Shown in pieces: positions 9,911 through 24,872 of a stretch of DNA of 64,000 nt. Origin of the DNA: Octopus sinensis (lineage: Eukaryota); assembly GCF_006345805.1 (NCBI RefSeq), contig NC_043014.1, positions 47,306,001-47,370,000 of the forward strand, written 5' to 3'. The notes below the pieces were generated by a model that was given only the letters and a program-made list of their open reading frames with translations, had not been told where the DNA came from and did not search any database. A program made the position numbers and the translations under genes. Every line of letters starts with the position of its first letter. The first letter of the stretch is position 1.

Positions 9911-11907
9911 CAGCCCTTTTATAATAGAAATGAAAGAGTGAGGGGACACAACCTTATAGCTGGTCAGACAGTGGATGTTATTCAACCCCGGTCACTGATT
10001 CAGTATTCCAGCATATATGTTGTAGGGGTGCTGGTGTTTACAATTACAGAACTAGGAACAAAATATCAGCAGAACACATTGCCTTTGCTACAGCTGTAGG
10101 CTAGTCCATCCTGTTCAGGCATTTGGATGCTTGGGCTGCCTGCTGGAGCCTAGCAGAAGGTATTTAAAGGGAAAAAATTTGACAAGGCAGTCAGTCGTCC
10201 GCTGTCGCTCGTTGACGCTACATCAAAGAGGCCAGGGAACAGAAGAAAGAAGACATGCACCCAACACCAGAGCTGAAGACACCTCTGAAAGAGGAGGCCC
10301 TGCCATATCAAAACGGAAGAGGAGTAGGGGTCGAAACCAGACATGGTTCCTCCTGATGATGTCTTGAGCTAACTGGATCCTATAAAGGACCTGTTGTGGT
10401 AGCAGACCATGAAACACGGTTGAAATTCCTCCTACATTGTGTTGTATCCTTTTTTTTTCAAGGTTGTTGGGCAGGAGTTCTATGGATCCCTTTGATTACT
10501 ATTTTATCCTATAGCCATTCAATGTTTAAAAACTAGTTTTATAGAAACTTCATTCAAAATTCCTATTTGTTTTTCACATATTAACTTGTGAAGGTCGAAC
10601 TATGTGAAACATTAAAGAAAGAAACCTAGAGGTTTCTTGCAGTACATACCAATACATGCATCTAAAGCAAACTTTTTTCAAAGACCTTCAAAATACTATT
10701 GTAGGATCCTTAATTTAATACTTTGTTGTGTGGAACCCCCCAAAATCTTATAGGGACCTTGATTAAGAACCACTGTTGTATAGTACAAGTGAAATTTGGT
10801 TGCTATTTCTTGTAGCTTGAGAATGAGGTGTTCTCTTATTTGTTGCAAGAGGTGTAGAAACCATGCTACCAGTAATATTAAGGGGTGTGAATGGTGGGGA
10901 GAACTTGTGATGGTAACACAAGGTCAAGGGTCACTATTTTTGAAGTCTCACTGTTGTGGTTTGACATTGTTGACAATACTGGATCCTTTTCCAGGGACAA
11001 TACCTGGTCCTGTTTCCAGGGATCAGGTGGGTATACATGCACACACACACACACACATAAATATACATTTACACACACCTAGATACATACATGTCAGCAT
11101 TACACATTCACGCACACAAATCTACATACAGCTACACATGTACAAGACAGAGACTAAGAGTTCTAAAGCCGGGTATCCCTTAGGGTATATGAGAAATTAT
11201 GGGGTTGCATGAGATATCCAAAAACATTGGAATTTAAAATAATCTCAACTAACCAAATTACAATGAGGGTAGCCCCACGCCTAATAAATAATATTCGTAA
11301 ACATTCATGATATATATTGCTTGGTAGTCTTCTAAATATAACTTTTCATCTGTTATCTGGCATCCATAAAATGTTACCCTTTATTTTTTGGTTGATGGTC
11401 TCCATTCAGTTTACAATATAGTCATCATAACAGGGGTAGATGTGGTTGTGTGGTTAAGAAGGCCGTTTAGGAATGTATTTTTTTCCAGGTTCAGTTCCAT
11501 TGCACGTCTCCTTAGATTAGTGTGTTTTTTTTACTATGACCTTGGGCCAACCAGAGTCTTGTGATTGGATTTTTGGTAGGCAAAAATTGTGTGGAATCCT
11601 TATGTGTGTGTGTGTGTGCATCGTTTTTCCTCTAAGCTGTCTGACAACTGGTGTTGCTTTGTTTACATCTCCATAACTTAGTTCAACAAAAGGGGGCTTA
11701 AAAATAATATACTGTGGTCAATTTGTTTGACTTAAAGCCTTCAAGGCAATGCTCCAACAGGGCCATAGTCCAGTGACTGAAACAAGTAAAGGGCATAAGT
11801 AAAAATAAGGGGCACTCCAACACTGCCTGACATAAGGTACACTACAAGAAAATATTCCCTCCTCCTCCACCACTGCACATTATTTTCTTTGAAGGTTTCA
11901 TGTTTAA

Positions 11908-12128
11908 CCCTTTAGCATTTAAACCGGCCATATCCAGCCAAAAGTATTCTGCCTGTTTTATGTTCAAACTGGCCAGATCTGGTCTCTCACACCAACCCTA
12001 CACTATTGTTTTAAAAATTAACAGCTACCTCATCAAAATCTCATAGCTACAAGGTAATGCATGATTAATTAAAAACAATGTAGATGAAGAAGCATTCATT
12101 TTGGCAGAATAATGTGAACACTAAAGGG
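11908..12128. mobile_element. piggyBac-type MITE, family 1 (opposite orientation)
   Basis: TTAA|CCCTTTAG...CTAAAGGG|TTAA. Confidence 0.85.
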
Positions 12129-13429
12129 TTAAAACAATTTAAGAGAGGTTATTGAAGTGGTTTCTTCTGCTTCATGGGATGATTTCTACACAGTGTAGAA
12201 CATTCCTTAATTAGGCATGTCCTTTACGGCCACCTTGACCCTCTGCTCCTTGTCCTACTTGGGTAACCAAGTATCTCCTCTAGTGACCCCCCCCCCATGG
12301 GTGCTAGTGCTATGTAAAAAGCACCACATAAAATAGCACCTGTGCTGGTGTGTCATAGAAGACCACCAATGCTGGCATTATTAAACCACCTGTGTGTTAA
12401 ATCGTTTGACCCATGTCAGCATGGAAAGCAGATGTTAAATGATGATGATGATGGTCTCCTGTGGCCCCTGTTTACAAGCAAATGAACTGTGCTTTTGTGA
12501 CACCATTTTACAACCAGGTGGCCTCTGCCTCTCGGTGGCACCTCTTTACAGCCAAGTAGACTTGGCCACTGTTTGTTTAAATATTTTCTAAGGTCACAAC
12601 ATAACTGCTGACAGGATTTCAACTGTTGAATGTTAAAGGGAGACTGTGTTTGTGTGTGTGTGTGTGTGTGTGGTGTGTTCCCTTTGTTGGGTCTAGAGAC
12701 ACTGCGACCCATTTTCTTGCTCTTGTTTAGCCCCTGGCCACTACTACTCCAAGATATCTATCTGCAGTTACACATTCCAGATATGATCATCCTAGCAGAA
12801 ACAGTGTAGTTAAGAGTACATTATTCGCTCCTGCCTTTTAAGACAAAGTGTGATGTGAGGGAAATTTGGTTTCTATATCTAGCAGATAGAGGCTCTCCTA
12901 TTGGATAAATTGTATTGTGGTTATGGTGGTAGTGGACTAGTGTTGTAGTTGTTGTTGTAGTAGTTTGGGTGTTAGTGTGCTAGTGCTGTAGTGGTGGATA
13001 CCATCACTACACTACTGCCGCAACAGCTCATATGATCTTGTTTGCAGTGGTAATGTAATCTAGTTGTAGTGGTGGTGGTAGTAGTAGTAGTATATGTTAG
13101 CATATAGTAGTAACGGTGGTGGTGGGTGTAGTGATGCATGTAGCAGTGGTAGTGGTATAAATGGTAGCTATAGTGGTGGTGGTGGTGGCAGCAGTGGTAG
13201 TGGTAGTAGTGGCTGTAGCAGTGGTGGCAGTTGTAGAAGCAGCAGTGGTGGTAGTAGTATATAATAGTATATAGTAGTAATGATGGTTGTGGTGGTGGTG
13301 GTGGTTGTAGTGAGATGTGTAATGTTGTAGAGGATGTTGTATGTAGTGGTCACTTAATGTTGTTGCAGTATTTGTGTTTATTAAACAACCTCAGCATCCT
13401 TTAGCACGTGACACTCCTCGCTGCTCCCC

Positions 13430-15100
<1,671 letters not shown>

Positions 15101-15684
15101 TGTTGACTCCACTTTGATCTCACATATCTCATTGAAACATCACACGCACATGCCTACACACACACTCGCATACTCGCACGGTCCTACACGCACACACGCG
15201 CACCTCCTCCTCCTTTCCCTCTACTTTCTTTTCGCTCCTATCTCTGTTTCTTTCCTCCTTTATCTTCTTCGCATTCTGTGTGTGCGTGCGTGTGCGCGTG
15301 TGTCTCTCTCTCTCTCCAAATATATTCTCTCTCTCTCTCTACACGCATATATATACGCTTCCGAGCTTCGTATAATTTCCCCTCTTTTTGCCACAATAGA
15401 CATCATCTTTTAAAGTATTAGTACACACATATATACAAGACACATATTTACCAATTCACTCTCAATCGCACACACATTCTCACACACACACACACACACA
15501 CACGTGCCCGCACACACTCTCACACATTCACACACACACACACACGTGCCCACACACACTCACACAGCTGTAAATATCTTTCCATGTAAGTTACACACTA
15601 ACAGCTGTATTGTGTACAAGTGTGTGTGTGTATGTATGTGTATATGTTTACGCGCGTGTGAGCGTGTGTACTCAAGTGGATGTG

Positions 15685-15721
<37 letters not shown>

Positions 15722-18339
15722 GTCAATGTATGAGTGTGTATGTATGTGTTTGTTGATGTTGCTCTGTATATATTGACACAACAACAACAACGACAACAAC
15801 ATGAGTAATAATAATAAGGCAGGGAAAGTAGCTGACAAAATCAGTTGAACTTTTGGTGGTTAGCGCAACATTGAGGGACGTAGGAGGATCTGTGTGTGCT
15901 CTCGCCGCTTACTCTACTGGTACTACGACCGACCGATGCCGTTCTCACGTACTCCTTAGTCTACAGCTGTAGCAGAGGCAACTCTCGTCTGCTCAGTGTC
16001 ACTCGTACTCCTGTTGTACTCCGCTGCCGATACTCTCTTTGTTTTTCTTATGGTCAACTGCTGTGGTCGTAGTACTCTGCTGTAGTCCTGCTGCTCTCTT
16101 CCATTGTTGTATCTCTCTCACACACTCACATACACACACAAGCTATATATTATATACACTCAATACATACAACTGGCATTCTATTGTAGCATTATTTGCA
16201 CACAAGACATACAGCACTCAGTCCGTTTCTGTACACACACGTACACACATACACACACTATGTAACCCTGTATATATACATACATATATATACATATATA
16301 TATATACACACACACATGCTGCATAATACTCAATACATAGGCTATAAGCTATATAACAGTGCATGCTCATAAACTCCAACCTATATGACACTACATACAT
16401 TCAAACTCCAAGGCTATATAATGTTCTGTATATATAATATATATATAAAGAGTGCATTATAACACTTTCAGTACAAACTTAATTCTCAATATGTAACCAA
16501 TTAATAATAATAATAATATAATAATAATGATAATAATTTAAAGGTATTGATTTTTGGATCATCTCTTACTGTTCAATTCTTTCTGAAAAATTCTGTTGTT
16601 GAAGATTTTTCAAATTTTGGATTGGATATCCAGTTCACCTCCCAATTGATAAGAACTCTCAGCTATCACTTGTCACTGGAACTTTTTAGATTTTGGAATT
16701 TGGTAACCGCTCGTTACTGGAAGCCGAATATTCCTGGATTAGTTGCCGTTTGTTAGGACACTTTCGGTGATCCCTGGATTAGTTTACCAAAGTATTCGGA
16801 TTACTTGCGACTGGCAGTTTTACATCATTTTACATCAGTCGTCATATTAAGCCAGTGAAAGTGGATTCTTGGATTCTTGCTGCCTTATTACCAAATGCTG
16901 TGTGTCCATGGATTAGTCACCAGTTGTTAGCAGAAGCTGTCTATTCCTGGATTTATTACCACTTGTTACCATGGTACTGTGATAAACATGGAAGTAAAAT
17001 GAATCTTTGTCTAGGAGTTCCAACTATATACAGCTGTCACACACACACACACACACACACTCTTTCTTTCTTTCTCTTTGTTTCTTTCTCTCCCCATTTT
17101 CCTCCAGTCATCTTTCCTTCACATTTCCCTCCCAAAACTAGCTGGGAGGAAACTGAAGCCTGAAGCCATGAGGACCTTTGTATATGATTGTGGGTGGGTA
17201 TTCTTTCTTCTTGTCTTTCATTCCTGACCCCCAGAAACCAGGGTCATCATTAAGTCTCCAGCTCCCATCCATTTATCACCTTGATATCCCTTTTAATATC
17301 AGAATCCTCATCTTGGTGGCTCTGAAATATTATCCCAAGCATCTTATTGACATCCAAGAATCCAGTCAGTGGCTGGCCAACAACAACAACAACGACAACA
17401 ACAATGCTTGCTAATTCCGGCACAAGGCCAGCAATTTTAAAAGAAGTGGAATTAGTTGCCTACAGCAACCCCAGTACTTGACTGGTGTTTTATTTTATCG
17501 AACCCCAAGAGTCATGAAATGCAAACTTGACACTGATGTGATTTGAACACAGAACATTAGGAATTAGTACAAATATTGTAGGGTATTTTGTCCAATTCTC
17601 TTAATCATTCTTACAATCCACTGCTCTTTCATAATAATAATAATAATATTAATAATAAAAAAATAACAACTGTTTTTCACTTTGACACTGAGCTATACAT
17701 ATTTAAAGAAGAGTATTATGATTGACTAAATGTACCCTGGTACTTAACTTATTTCATTAATCTCTTGAAGGGTGAAAGAAGGAAAAGTAGGCCCTCTCCT
17801 CTTTGTAGGGTTGTCACCTAGAATGCAAAGTGGTCAGAGCGAATACCACAAGGATTTTAGTCCCTATAATCTTTTACTTAATTGAACTGCATATACTCTG
17901 CATAGATTCCACCCCTATCCCACTGGCTCTACCCTCACTCTGACTTAACCGACACTTTCTGTAAGCTATGGGTGTGAACCTACCCATAGACGCCAACAGA
18001 ACCTGACAACAGCAAAAGAAGAATTTCAATGAAAGCCGCAAATGTTGTGTTTGTTGTGTTAACTTATCATTGTTGATGTGGTTGTGTTGTCGACAGCAAG
18101 GGTTCTGCTGGTGGAGTGGTGCACCTCATGCACCGACCACCACCGTTGCACTCACTGCAAATGACCAGCTGCAAGTTTCCAGGAATGTATGTACCATGAG
18201 ACTTATTTTTATTGTATTTTTTTATATTGTTTTTGCTAATTTATCTTATTATTCTTGTCTTGTCTTTACCATTGACCAATGTCCATCACAGAATACCACT
18301 GTCCCCATCTACCCACCATTAATCACTGTTTTGCACTTT

Positions 18340-18831
18340 ATGCTCAGGTGTAGTTGCTTCTCAACCACATGGTTCCGGGTTCAGTCCCACTGCGTGGCAC
18401 CTTGGGCAAATGTCTTCTACTATAGCCTTGGGCCTTTCAAAGCCTTTGGGTGGATTTGGTAGATGGAAACTGAAAGAAGCTCATCGTATATATGTGTGTG
18501 TGTGTGTATGTGTATATATATATACATATATATAATATAAATAATATATAAATATATGCATGTATACATATATGTACATACCTACATATATATGTATATA
18601 TATATGCTTATATGTGTAAGGACATCAAAAAAACTTTGAACGCAAACATAAAAACAAAAACATAGAAAACAAACTTTTTTTTAATAACTTAAAAAACAGA
18701 AAAACAAGACATGCAACAACATAAAGAATATGTGTGTGTGTGTATATATATATATATATTATATATATATATATGCACACACACATGTATATATATATAT
18801 ATATAATATAATATGCACACACACATGTTAT

Positions 18832-18862
<31 letters not shown>

Positions 18863-18871
18863 GCCACACAC

Positions 18872-18918
<47 letters not shown>

Positions 18919-18932
18919 ATATATATATACAC

Positions 18933-18963
<31 letters not shown>

Positions 18964-19200
18964 TATATATATATAGATGTGTGTGTGTGTGTGTGTCTTT
19001 GTATCTTTGTCTCTCAGCACCACTTGACTGGTGCCGGTGTGTTTACGTCCCCATAACTTAGTGGTTCATCAAAAGAACCAATAAAATAAGGACCAGGCAT
19101 TAAAAAAATAAGTACTGGGGTCGATATATTTGACTGAAGTTTCAACATGGTTCTCCTGCATGGCTGTTGCCAAATGACTGAAAAAGTAAAAGATAAAAGA
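18340..19200 (+). mobile_element. SINE family A whose internal microsatellite has expanded and taken an insertion
   Basis: Head module at about 18340-18490 and tail module at about 18990-19200, separated by (TA)/(CA) and an A-rich repeat fragment. Confidence 0.7.
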
Positions 19201-19337
19201 TATCCACTTCTATCATCCAATGTCCATTACTGCCCACCACCGCCCATCACTGTCCACCTGGCCTCCCCTGTGCCCACCTGTGTTCTTCATTGTCATCCAC
19301 TGTCCACCAAGATCCACCCCTATCTTCATTCTTTTAC

Positions 19338-19610
19338 CATTCTACAGGATATCCCTATTACTTTCTTAACATTCTACAGGATACCCCTATTACTTTCTAA
19401 GCATTCTACAGGTTACCCCTATTACTTTCTTAGCATTCTACAGGATACCCCAATTACTTTCTTAGCATTCTACAGGTTACCCCTATTACTTTATTAGCAT
19501 TCTACAGGTTAACCCTATTACTTTATTAGCATTCTACAGGTTACCCCTATTACTTTCTTAGCATTCTACAGGTTACCCCTATTACTTTCTTACCATATCA
19601 CAGGATATGC
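19338..19610. repeat. 32-bp minisatellite, ~8 copies
   Basis: Unit CATTCTACAGGTTACCCCTATTACTTTCTTAG. Confidence 0.9.
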
Positions 19611-20854
19611 CTGTTACCCTTTCCTTTCTATAGGGTACCTCAATAATTTTTTCTTCTGTGTGTGTGTGTGGTGTGTGTGTGTGTGACTATATATTGATGT
19701 GGTTGCATGCTATTGTGTCTGCCTATGCTGATGTGCACATATATTTTGTGTGGGTGTATATATTAAGTGCTTATGTATAAATACGTGCGTATGCTTATGT
19801 GGCTGTGTCTATATATATAGATGAGTGTCTATACATGTAGGTGTGTGTCTGCATACATTGGTGAATGTGTGTATATATATATATGTATATATCAGCTGTA
19901 GAAACACTGCCAGATCAGACTGGAGCCTGGTGCAGCCTCCTGGCTTCCCAGACTCCAGTCGAACCATCTAACCCATGCTAGCACAGAAAACTGACGTTAA
20001 ATGATGATGATATATATATATGTGTGAGTGTATATGCATGTGTTTAGGAGTGTATGCACATGTGTGGGTGGGGAAAATGTATATGTTCTTGTTTACAATT
20101 ATCTGCCTGTCTATATATGTTGGTATGTCTGTATATGCATTAATGTGCATATACATGCATAAGTTGTATATATATATTGACTGTATGTATATGCATGAAC
20201 GTGCATTCAGCTCTATATTCATGTATGTATGTGCACAGTGGCCTATAGTAGTGCTGTGTGTATAAGCAATGCAGGCATTGGTGGTACCGAAGCTCCAAAA
20301 CCGAGTAACATCTTCTGGTGTGTTCTTGTGCTGCTCTCCCCTTACACACCTCCTTGCTGTCAAAAAACGGAATCAATATTCTATAAACACGGATCAAACG
20401 TGAACATTTCTGAGCGTGAAGTGGAAGACATTGATTTCCTGCCGCTGTTAGTCTCACATTGGTAGATTTAGGGCAGTTGGTGCAATACTAACCTACTCGC
20501 TTTCTCTTTCTCTAGTCTTTGCCAAATAATGAACACTTGCTGTTGAGTAAAAAAAAAAAAAAATCTATTAGCATTATTAATACCATTATTAATATTATTA
20601 ATAATAATAATCTTATCAAGTATTGTAGAGGTGGCAAACAAAGCAGAGTCCAAGTCCTCTTTTTTTGAGTCCAAGTCCTCTTAAGTAATTACATTTATCT
20701 GTCATTCCCCCAGAACTGCACTAAGGTACCAGCTATATTCTAGGGTTCAGCCAAACCTACTTTCATGGGTTTGTGCTGATATGAGAAATTGTTGCTGTTG
20801 TTATCATTAGTGATAAGGCATGCTGGCAGAATCGTGGGGAATATTTTTTTTTTG

Positions 20855-21190
20855 TGCAGAATCACCTCCCTCCAACAAGTCATCCTAACGAGATGTCTGC
20901 GTTGGCTGGGTCATGCCCTCCGTCGTCAACCAGAAAAATTCATCTACGAAGCAATTGCACCAGCTCCCCTTCAGGGTTGGCGAAAGCGATGTGGTGGACA
21001 ACGAAAAAGCTGGCTGATGACAGTCAAGGCTGATCTGGAACCCAACCTAGGCCCTCATATCTACAGAGTTCACCACTGGAATAAGAAGTGGTTGGAGATC
21101 ATGCAGTTGTTAGCTTTAAATCGCCAGGCGTTTGTGAGAGATGCAGCATTGAGGATGAATGAAGCCAACTCAACCCACCCCGGGTGAATG
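20855..21190 (+). mobile_element. RTE-clade LINE 3' end (ORF C-terminus)
   Basis: Open frame ..VILTRCLRWLGHALRR..GWRKRCGGQRKSWL..W..LALNRQAF..EANSTHPG* is the typical RTE C-terminal LRWLGH / GGQRKxW domain. Confidence 0.8.
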
Positions 21191-21698
21191 TTGCTGCTGG
21201 CAAAATCGTGAGCACACCAGGCAAAATGCTTGGTGACATTTTGTCTGTCTTTACGTCCCGAGTTCAAATTCTGTCGAGGTCAGCATTGTCATCCTTTTGG
21301 GGTAGATAAAATAACAGTTGAGCACTGGGGATCAGTATAATTAATTTACTCCTTCCCTGAAATTGCTGGCCTTGTGCCAAAATTAGAAACCATTATTATT
21401 GTTATTGTTTTTGTTGTAGTTAAGGCGGTGAGCTGGCGGCAGAATCGTTAGCATGCCAGACAAAATGCTTAGAGGTATTTCATCCATCTCCTTGCTCTGT
21501 GGTAAAATTCCACTAAGGTCAACTTTGCTTTTTAGGGGTTGTAAAAGCACCCAGTACACTTTGTAAAGTGGTTGGTGTTAGGAAAGGCATACAGCCATAG
21601 AAACTATGCCAAAGCAGACATGAACTGCCCTTCAGCTAGTCAGCTCCTGTCCAACCCATGCCAGCATGGTAAAACAGACGTTAAATGATGATGATTAT

Positions 21699-21740
<42 letters not shown>

Positions 21741-21982
21741 ATAAAATATTAGAAAAAAACACCTTTTATCAATTCAAAATGAATAATTAAATTACACCAT
21801 CTAGAAAATTACATAAAATAGAAAAGTTGAAATTAAAATAACAATTAAAAAGTGAAGATTAAGTAAATTACAAAAATAATATAATGTATATAATAGGTAT
21901 TTCAATTTGAATTCTTTTTCCTTGTAAGTTTGGATTTTATTCCCTCAAATAATAATTATATATATATATATATATATTATAT

Positions 21983-22212
21983 TAAATTAGAGATAAAACT
22001 ACTATTAGGCAAATCATACAATGAAAAACTTAAGCCAATACATAAGATTAATTAATTTATATTATTTTAAATATATATCAAAATTATTAAAAAAAGATAA
22101 TTAGTATAACACTACGATCGTTTCATGGCTGTCCAATTCATAAAAATTCGAGTTACAGTCATTCTTCAGGTGATTGAAATATTTAACTTGGATTTATTCC
22201 CTAATATTTTAT
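21983..22212 (-). mobile_element. Penelope-associated short element between (TA)n tracts, hammerhead-bearing
   Basis: Termini AATATTAGGGAATAAATCCAA...TAGT(A/G)GTTTT(A/G)TCTCTAAT are shared with 21735-21955, 48745-48862 and (3' end) 36045-36136. The element contains the hammerhead at 22106-22174. Confidence 0.5.
22106..22174 (-). ncRNA. Penelope-type minimal hammerhead ribozyme fold
   Basis: Minus strand: ATCAC-CTGAAGA-ATGACTGT-(24 nt loop)-ACAGCCAT-GAA-ACGATCGT-A-GTTAT. The core is intact, stem II pairs 7/8, stem III is the palindrome ACGATCGT, the cleavage triplet is GUA, and stem I pairs 4/5. Confidence 0.65.
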
Positions 22213-22507
22213 TATATATATATATAAAATGTATGTATCGTGGTATTGACCAGACCATCAAATATTGCTATAAGTCACTGGTTACAATGCACTTTGCACT
22301 GTTTTAGCTTTCAAATGACGCCACCCTTATGGCTGGGTAAGCAGGCCAACATATAGATAAGTATACATGAATGCGTGCACACACCTACAAACACACACAC
22401 AATAGGTTTTTGACTACGAAATTTCACTCATAGATCATGGGACCATCCTAGGTTATTAAGGTGCCATGCACTGGGATTGAACCCCCAGTAAAATCAGTAC
22501 CAGTTAA

Positions 22508-22728
22508 CCCTTTAGTGTTTGCATTATTCTGCCAAAATTAATCCTTTTTTATCCACATTGTTTTGAACTAATCATGCATTATCTTGGAGCTATGAGATTT
22601 TGATGAGGTAGCTGTTAATTTTTAAAACGACATTGTAGGGCTGGTGTAAGAGACCAGATCTGGCCAGTTTGAACATAAAACAGGCAGAATACTTTTGGCC
22701 GGATATGGCCGGTTTAAATGCTAAAGGG
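22508..22728. mobile_element. piggyBac-type MITE, family 1
   Basis: TTAA|CCCTTTAG...CTAAAGGG|TTAA. Confidence 0.85.
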
Positions 22729-23914
22729 TTAAAATGGTGGTCGAGTCAGTTCAGAACCTCTCTCCCTTCCTCCTTCCCCCTTCACTTAATTAATGAAAAT
22801 ATTGTTACTATTTGCTGTAATAAACCAAGTTGATAAACGACATTGACTTTTCTCTGACTCAGCTGTTTCATTCAAATCCATGTTGGAATGAACTTAACAT
22901 TTAAAGAATCCCGGATGTCCCATGTCTGCTGCCCTTCCCCCCTTGCACTTCTTTAAATCTCAGGAATCATAGTATTGATGGTTTCTTTATTGACTTCACC
23001 GATATTTCCACTTGGCACATTGCCTTCAGCAAAACTGGCAATTTGCCAGCCAAAGACTCATTCAACATTGTGCAACGCATACATGTTCAGGACCGGCAGC
23101 TCATTGTGGTTGTAAAGTGCTGGCTTAAGGGTCAACAATCTTTATTTATTGGGATGCAGTGCTGTTGGCATTGTACAGAATGTAGCTTTTCATTGGTCCA
23201 CTCCACACATGCATAGAAAAAAAGTACCGTGTTTTGGACAAATTGTTTTCCCACCCAGATTCTCCGTGCCAGTGGCATGTAAAAAGCACCGACCGATCGC
23301 GGCCGGTGCCAGCCTAGTCTGGCATCTGTGCCGGTGGCATGTAAAAAGCACCCACTACACTCACGGAGTGGTTGGCGTTAGAAAAGGCATCCAGCTGTAG
23401 AAACACTGCCAGATAAGACTGGAGCCTGGTGCAGCCTTCTGGCTTCCCAGATCCCCGGTCGAACCGTCCAACCCATGCCAGCATGAAAAAGTGGTCATTA
23501 AAATGATTTTATACATACATACATATATACGTATATGTGGCACGTAAAAAGCACCGAACGTGGCCGATGCCAGCGCTGCCTTGACTGGCCTCTGTGCCGG
23601 TGGCACGTAGAAAGCACCCACTACACTCACGGAGTGGTTGGTGTTAGGAAAGGCATCCAGCTGTAGAAACACTGCCAGATCAAACTGGAGCCTGGTGCAA
23701 CCTCCTGGCTTCCCAGACCCCAGTTGAACCGTCCAACCCATGCTGGCACGGAAAATGGACGTTAAACGATGATGATGATGGTCGACAGCTCAACAGTGAA
23801 GTCGGGATAGTTCAGTGACATGAAACAGAGTTTATATGACTTGTTCATGATTGAACTTATGACCAATAGGATCAGCAGCCCAATACCCTAACCGCACGGC
23901 TACTCTGCCTTAAT

Positions 23915-24330
23915 ATTGGTGCCAAATTTTGGCATAAGGCCTACAATTTTGGGGAAAGGAGAAAGTCGATTACATCAACCCCAGTGCTCATCTAGTACTT
24001 ATTTTATCGACCTTGAAAAGATAAAAGGCAAAGTTGACCTTGGCAGGATTTGAACTCAGAATGTAAAGACAAGCAAAATACTGCTGAGCATTTTGCCTGG
24101 CATGCTAATGATTCTACCAGCTTACCACCTCACTCTTTAATATTGGTTTCAAATTTTGGCACGAGGCCAGCAATCTTAGAGGAGTAGTTAAATTGATAGC
24201 ATCAACTCCTGTGCTTGGCTGGTACATTACTTCACTGACCTGAAAAGGATGAAAGGCAAAGTCGACCTTGGTGGAATTTGAACTCAGAACATGAAGATGG
24301 ATGAAATGCTGCTAAGCATTCTGCCAGCTT
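23915..24330 (-). mobile_element. Two diverged SINE family B copies in tandem
   Basis: Both carry AAGGATGAAAGGCAAAGT.GACCTTGG..GATTTGAACTCAGAA-like motifs. Further diverged or partial copies lie at about 17420-17600, 21190-21390, 21420-21535, 25365-25420 and 34060-34150. Confidence 0.7.
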
Positions 24331-24772
24331 GCTGTCTTGTAATTTAATATTGAGAGGAGATGGTCAGGTAAAGAGAGGATCTAACAAAATATTGATCTGG
24401 TCACAATGAACTTTGCATTGTTTTAGCTTTCAAATGATGCCACCCTGCTGGCTAGGTGAACAGGCCAAATGTACACACACACACATAAAAGTATACATGC
24501 ATACATACATTTAGTGACATATATATTTTTGCCTTTCAGTTGAAAAATTGGTAACAAGCCACCCTTATTTATATATATATATTTTTTTTATTTTTATTTT
24601 TTTGTTTTTAAAAAAATGTCCTGTTCCTTTGGTTTGTGTCTATGTTTTCGTTTCTCATTGTGTTCGACATCCTTTTGGTGTCCTGTACTCATATATGCGT
24701 GTATATGTACATGTAGAGGTAGGTACGTACATATATGTTTATATATATGCATATGTTTTATTTTATTTATTA

Positions 24773-24814
<42 letters not shown>

Positions 24815-24841
24815 ATATATACACATATATATATACACACA

Positions 24842-24872
<31 letters not shown>

